This document shows positions 62,250 to 64,000 of a stretch of DNA of 64,000 nt, piece after piece. The notes under the pieces are model-generated. The model did not search any database. It was not told where the DNA came from and worked only from the letters and a program-made list of their open reading frames with translations. The position numbers were made by a program, and so were the translations under genes. Source of the stretch: Balanoglossus misakiensis (taxonomy: Eukaryota > Animalia > Hemichordata); NCBI GenBank assembly GCA_040954595.2, contig CM082594.2:1196247-1260246 (forward strand). Reading direction: 5' to 3'. Positions within the stretch are counted from its first letter, which is position 1; each line of letters starts with the position of its first letter.

Positions 62250-64000
62250 CGTTGATGCCTTAAAATTACTATATGAAGATATTATCAAGTCCAAATTCGC
62301 TATCATTGGAATCTCTGAAGTATGGGACCCAAATAACTTAAGTATTTATAATATGCAAGATTACACATTGGAAGTGAAGTCTCGTGAAGTAGGAAGGGGC
62401 GGTGGGGTTGGGGCTTACATACATTCATCAGTAATCTACAAGCTGCTTCGAGCAAGTGTCAGTCACTCAGAATCACTCTGGATGGAGGTACAGGTTAAAA
62501 ATACGAAGATAATTTATGGGAATAATCTACAGAAAACCTAATACTGATATAACAGAATTTCAAATTAGTCTCATGCAAGTTTTAAACGAGCTCAGATGTG
62601 ACAAAAATAATTGTATTTTAATGGGCGATTTTAATATTGATACTAACATAAGACTGACCAACCCCAATATAGATTCATATCTATCCTCCTTGGAATGTAT
62701 AGGCTTAAGACAGCTGATATCTACCCCAACCAGAGTGACTAGTTCATCTGAAATTTAATTGACCACATCTACACAAATATTAATCAACGTCCTATTCATG
62801 CTTGCACTATAATCACTGATATCTCAGACCATTTCCCTGTGTATACTCTTTTAGAAAATATTCCTCTAAAATTGCCACAAAAAGAGAAAATTATTTTCAG
62901 AAATTTCAAAAACTATAGTCCCTCCCAATTTTACGAAGATCTTGAAAACACAACCTGGGATTCTGTGTACCATTCCTCTGATGCTAATGAGGCTTACAAC
63001 AATTTTTATTCAGTCTTTAATGAATTTTGTGATAAACATGCACCTATTTCTACCAAATCCTATAGTACCAAAAAAATAAAAAAACCTTGGATCACCAAAT
63101 CACTTAGAAAATCTATTAACACCAAACATAGGCTATATAACAAATTATATAAATCAAAATTTAATAATGCTGTTGCTGTTGATAATTATAAAAAAATATC
63201 GAAATATTTTTTCGGCTTTACTCAGGAAAGCCAAACAGATGTACTATAGCAATATTTTTATACAAAATGAAAATAACACTACTGCAATATGGAAAACAAT
63301 TAGAGAGATACTTGGAAGCCAAGGTAATGCCAGTCAATCTCTGCCAGATAATCTGTGTGTTAAGTCTAATGGTAAGGTACGAACCGTAAATAAGAAAACT
63401 GACATTGTCAATGAGCTAAATAACTACTTTGTTGGTATTGGTCCAGACCTTGCTAGTAAAATAAAGTCTAACAATTGCAACTTTAATAATTATCTCAAGG
63501 CACCCATCTCAAACTCAATCTTTCTTGCCCCAACAACTCAGTTTGAAAAATTATTTGTAGCCTAGATCCTTATAAAGCTTGTGGCCAAGATCAAATTCCT
63601 GCTAGACTTCTTATAGATGGAGCTGCTGTAATATCTAAACCATTAGAATACATATTCAACCTCTCCTTTCATTCAGGAATATTTCCGAAAGCCCTAAAAT
63701 CAGCAAAAGTTATACCAAGTTTCAAGAAAGGAACCACTGATGATCCAGAAAATTACAGACCAATATCAATTTTACCTCTTATAAGCAAAGTCTTAGAAAA
63801 AATAGTCAACTCCCGTCTTACCAACTTTGTAGAACAATTTAATATTCTATATGAACATCAGTATGCCTTTCGACAAAAATATAGTACCAAACTCTCTCTG
63901 ATCAATCTTGTCAATTATCTCATTAAGCAACTTGATGCTGGCAGAATTACACTTGGCATTTTCCTTGACTTTTCAAAAGCCTTTGATACCATTGATCATA
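62250..64000 (+). mobile_element. CR1/L2-clade LINE ORF2 (APE endonuclease and start of RT), frameshifted, runs off the window
   Basis: GISEVW, GRGGGVGAYI, IYRKPN, MGDFNID, PTRVT, IDHIYTN, SDHFP, KPWIT, NYRPISILP, FLDFSKAFDTIDH. Confidence 0.93.

Noticed and set aside
1-64000. tRNA, rRNA or prokaryotic operons
   Set aside because: None recognised by eye.

Overview
This is AT-rich eukaryotic DNA with GT-AG introns, probably from a marine invertebrate (inferred from the repeat and gene types). The window is dominated by a near-identical inverted duplication: arm 1 at 16557-37466, a ~1.0 kb spacer, and arm 2 at 38472-54271. It interrupts a multi-exon, uninflatable/SVEP1-like transmembrane gene (LamG/pentraxin, HYR, CCP, furin site, Ephrin_rec_like repeats, TM, NPxY tail) that carries a nonsense codon in both arms. 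Nested mobile elements include: a decayed Gypsy with a PHD finger on its integrase and an extra ORF; a full-length DIRS1-type element inserted into that Gypsy; a Helentron/HINE-like element with a 5' hairpin array; several MITEs; an LTR remnant; and a CR1/L2-type LINE. An intact 4036-bp DD37E Tc1/IS630-type transposon with ~350-bp TIRs carries a second, divergent, intact 539-aa ORF (SAM-like domain, coiled coil, Cys/His knuckle). Arm 2 supplies the empty target sites for two of the transposon insertions. All domain calls are by eye from motifs; no database searches were run.
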